Assembly: GCA_031375125.1 (NCBI GenBank)
Contig: JANMHL010000110.1
Location: 1 to 38,786 of the forward strand
Length of the DNA: 38,786 nt
DNA from: Novosphingobium sp.
Lineage (GTDB): Bacteria > Pseudomonadota > Alphaproteobacteria > Sphingomonadales > Sphingomonadaceae
Direction of reading: 5' to 3'
In this document: piece after piece, positions 37,685 to 38,786 of the stretch
Numbering within the stretch: position 1 is the stretch's first letter
Layout: each line of letters begins with the position of its first letter
Position numbers and translations under genes: made by a program
Notes under the pieces: model-generated
What the model was told of the DNA's origin: nothing
What the model saw: the letters and a program-made list of their open reading frames with translations, nothing else
The model's database searches: none

Positions 37685-38786
37685 ATGGGTGAGGCTGTCT
37701 ATCCGGTTCCGGCAGACTGGGCGCAAAATGCGCTGATCGACGAGGCGGGCTATCAGGCGATGTATGCCCGCTCGATTGCCGACCCCGAAGGCTTCTGGCG
37801 CGAAGCGGCGAAGCGGCTCGATTGGATCAAACCGTTCACCACGGTGAAAAACACCAGCTTTGATGAGGCGGATTTCGGGATCGAGTGGTTCGCCGATGGC
37901 ACGCTGAACCTCTGCGCCAACGCGCTCGACCGGCATCTGGAAACGCGCGGCGATCAGGTCGCGATCCTGTGGGAGCCGGACAATCCAGCCGATCCGTCGC
38001 GCGCGATTACCTACCGTGAATTGCACGTCGACGTCTGCCGCTTTGCCAATTTGCTCAAGGCGCGCGGCGTGGCGAAGGGCGACCGCGTGACCATTTATTT
38101 GCCGATGGTGCCCGAAGCTGCCGTCGCGATGCTGGCCTGCGCCCGCATCGGGGCGATCCACTCGATCGTCTTCGCCGGGTTCAGTCCGGAGGCGCTGGCC
38201 GGGCGGATTATCGATTGCGACAGCAGCCTGGTGATCACCGCCGATGAAGGACTGCGCGGGGGCAAGCCGATCCCGCTGAAGGCCAATGTCGATGCCGCGC
38301 TGGCCCAATGCCCCGGGGTCGAAAGTGTGATCGTGCTTAAGCGCACCGGCGCCAACGTACCGAAAGTGGCCGGACGCGATATCGATTGGCACGAAGGCGT
38401 TGCGGGCCAATCGGCAGACTGCCCCTTTGCTGAAATGGGCGCGGAGGATCCGCTGTTCATCCTTTACACCAGTGGTTCCACAGGCAAGCCCAAGGGCGTG
38501 CTTCACACCACCGGCGGCTATTGCGTCTGGGCGGCGATCACCCACGAATACGTGTTCGATTACCGTCCGGGGCAGATCTATTGGTGCGCCGCCGACGTCG
38601 GCTGGGTCACCGGACACAGCTATGTGGTCTACGGCCCGCTGATGAACGGCGCGACCACGGTGATGTTTGAGGGTGTCCCCAACTGGCCTGATCCCAGCCG
38701 GTTCTGGCAAGTAGTCGACAAGTTTCAAGTCGAGATTTTCTATGGTGCCCCGACCTCCCTGCGCGCGCTGATGCGTGAGGGCGATG
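37685..38786 (+). CDS. acs: Acetyl-CoA synthetase (3'-truncated by window end; absent from the ORF track)
   Basis: GAGGAG RBS; MGEAVYPVP...DPEGFW...LDRH...[10 protein letters not shown]...[11 protein letters not shown]...[11 protein letters not shown]. Confidence 0.95.
   Translation, partial: MGEAVYPVPADWAQNALIDEAGYQAMYARSIADPEGFWREAAKRLDWIKPFTTVKNTSFDEADFGIEWFADGTLNLCANALDRHLETRGDQVAILWEPDNPADPSRAITYRELHVDVCRFANLLKARGVAKGDRVTIYLPMVPEAAVAMLACARIGAIHSIVFAGFSPEALAGRIIDCDSSLVITADEGLRGGKPIPLKANVDAALAQCPGVESVIVLKRTGANVPKVAGRDIDWHEGVAGQSADCPFAEMGAEDPLFILYTSGSTGKPKGVLHTTGGYCVWAAITHEYVFDYRPGQIYWCAADVGWVTGHSYVVYGPLMNGATTVMFEGVPNWPDPSRFWQVVDKFQVEIFYGAPTSLRALMREGD

Noticed and set aside
37682-38728. 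348-aa minus-strand ORF and other long antisense ORFs (e.g. 3918-5396, 5612-6811, 13902-15002, 33960-35090)
   Set aside because: Shadow frames of well-supported genes in GC-rich DNA, with no recognisable motifs
1-38786. CRISPR array, transposase, prophage or rRNA
   Set aside because: No repeat-spacer array or corresponding genes recognised

Overview
GC-rich alphaproteobacterial chromosome segment. Gene content and promoter style suggest Sphingomonadales (Novosphingobium-like); this is inference. Housekeeping and metabolic genes: dxs, ihfB, tRNA-Leu(UAA), queG, large NAD-glutamate dehydrogenase, thrS, partial acs, a P450, an ABC-2 exporter, a POT-transporter/amidohydrolase operon and an acyl-CoA ligase/ACAD-pair/SDR lipid cluster. 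Most notable signals: (1) a three-gene operon (UDP-galactopyranose-mutase-like flavoprotein, GtrA flippase, divergent STT3/AglB-like GT-C membrane protein) behind a CtrA-like box, a candidate envelope/protein glycosylation system; (2) an unannotated, probably leaderless 24-aa peptide with five consecutive Thr codons upstream of thrS, with alternative hairpins but no U-tract terminator; (3) an AT-richer islet with an Mrr endonuclease coupled to dxs and a convergent, unannotated 54-aa ribbon-helix-helix ORF; (4) an att-like intergenic region (IHF consensus plus three 10-bp direct repeats); (5) a MITE-like 29-bp inverted repeat between queG and gdh; (6) an unannotated 44-aa membrane peptide. All calls come from motif recognition by eye; no searches were run.
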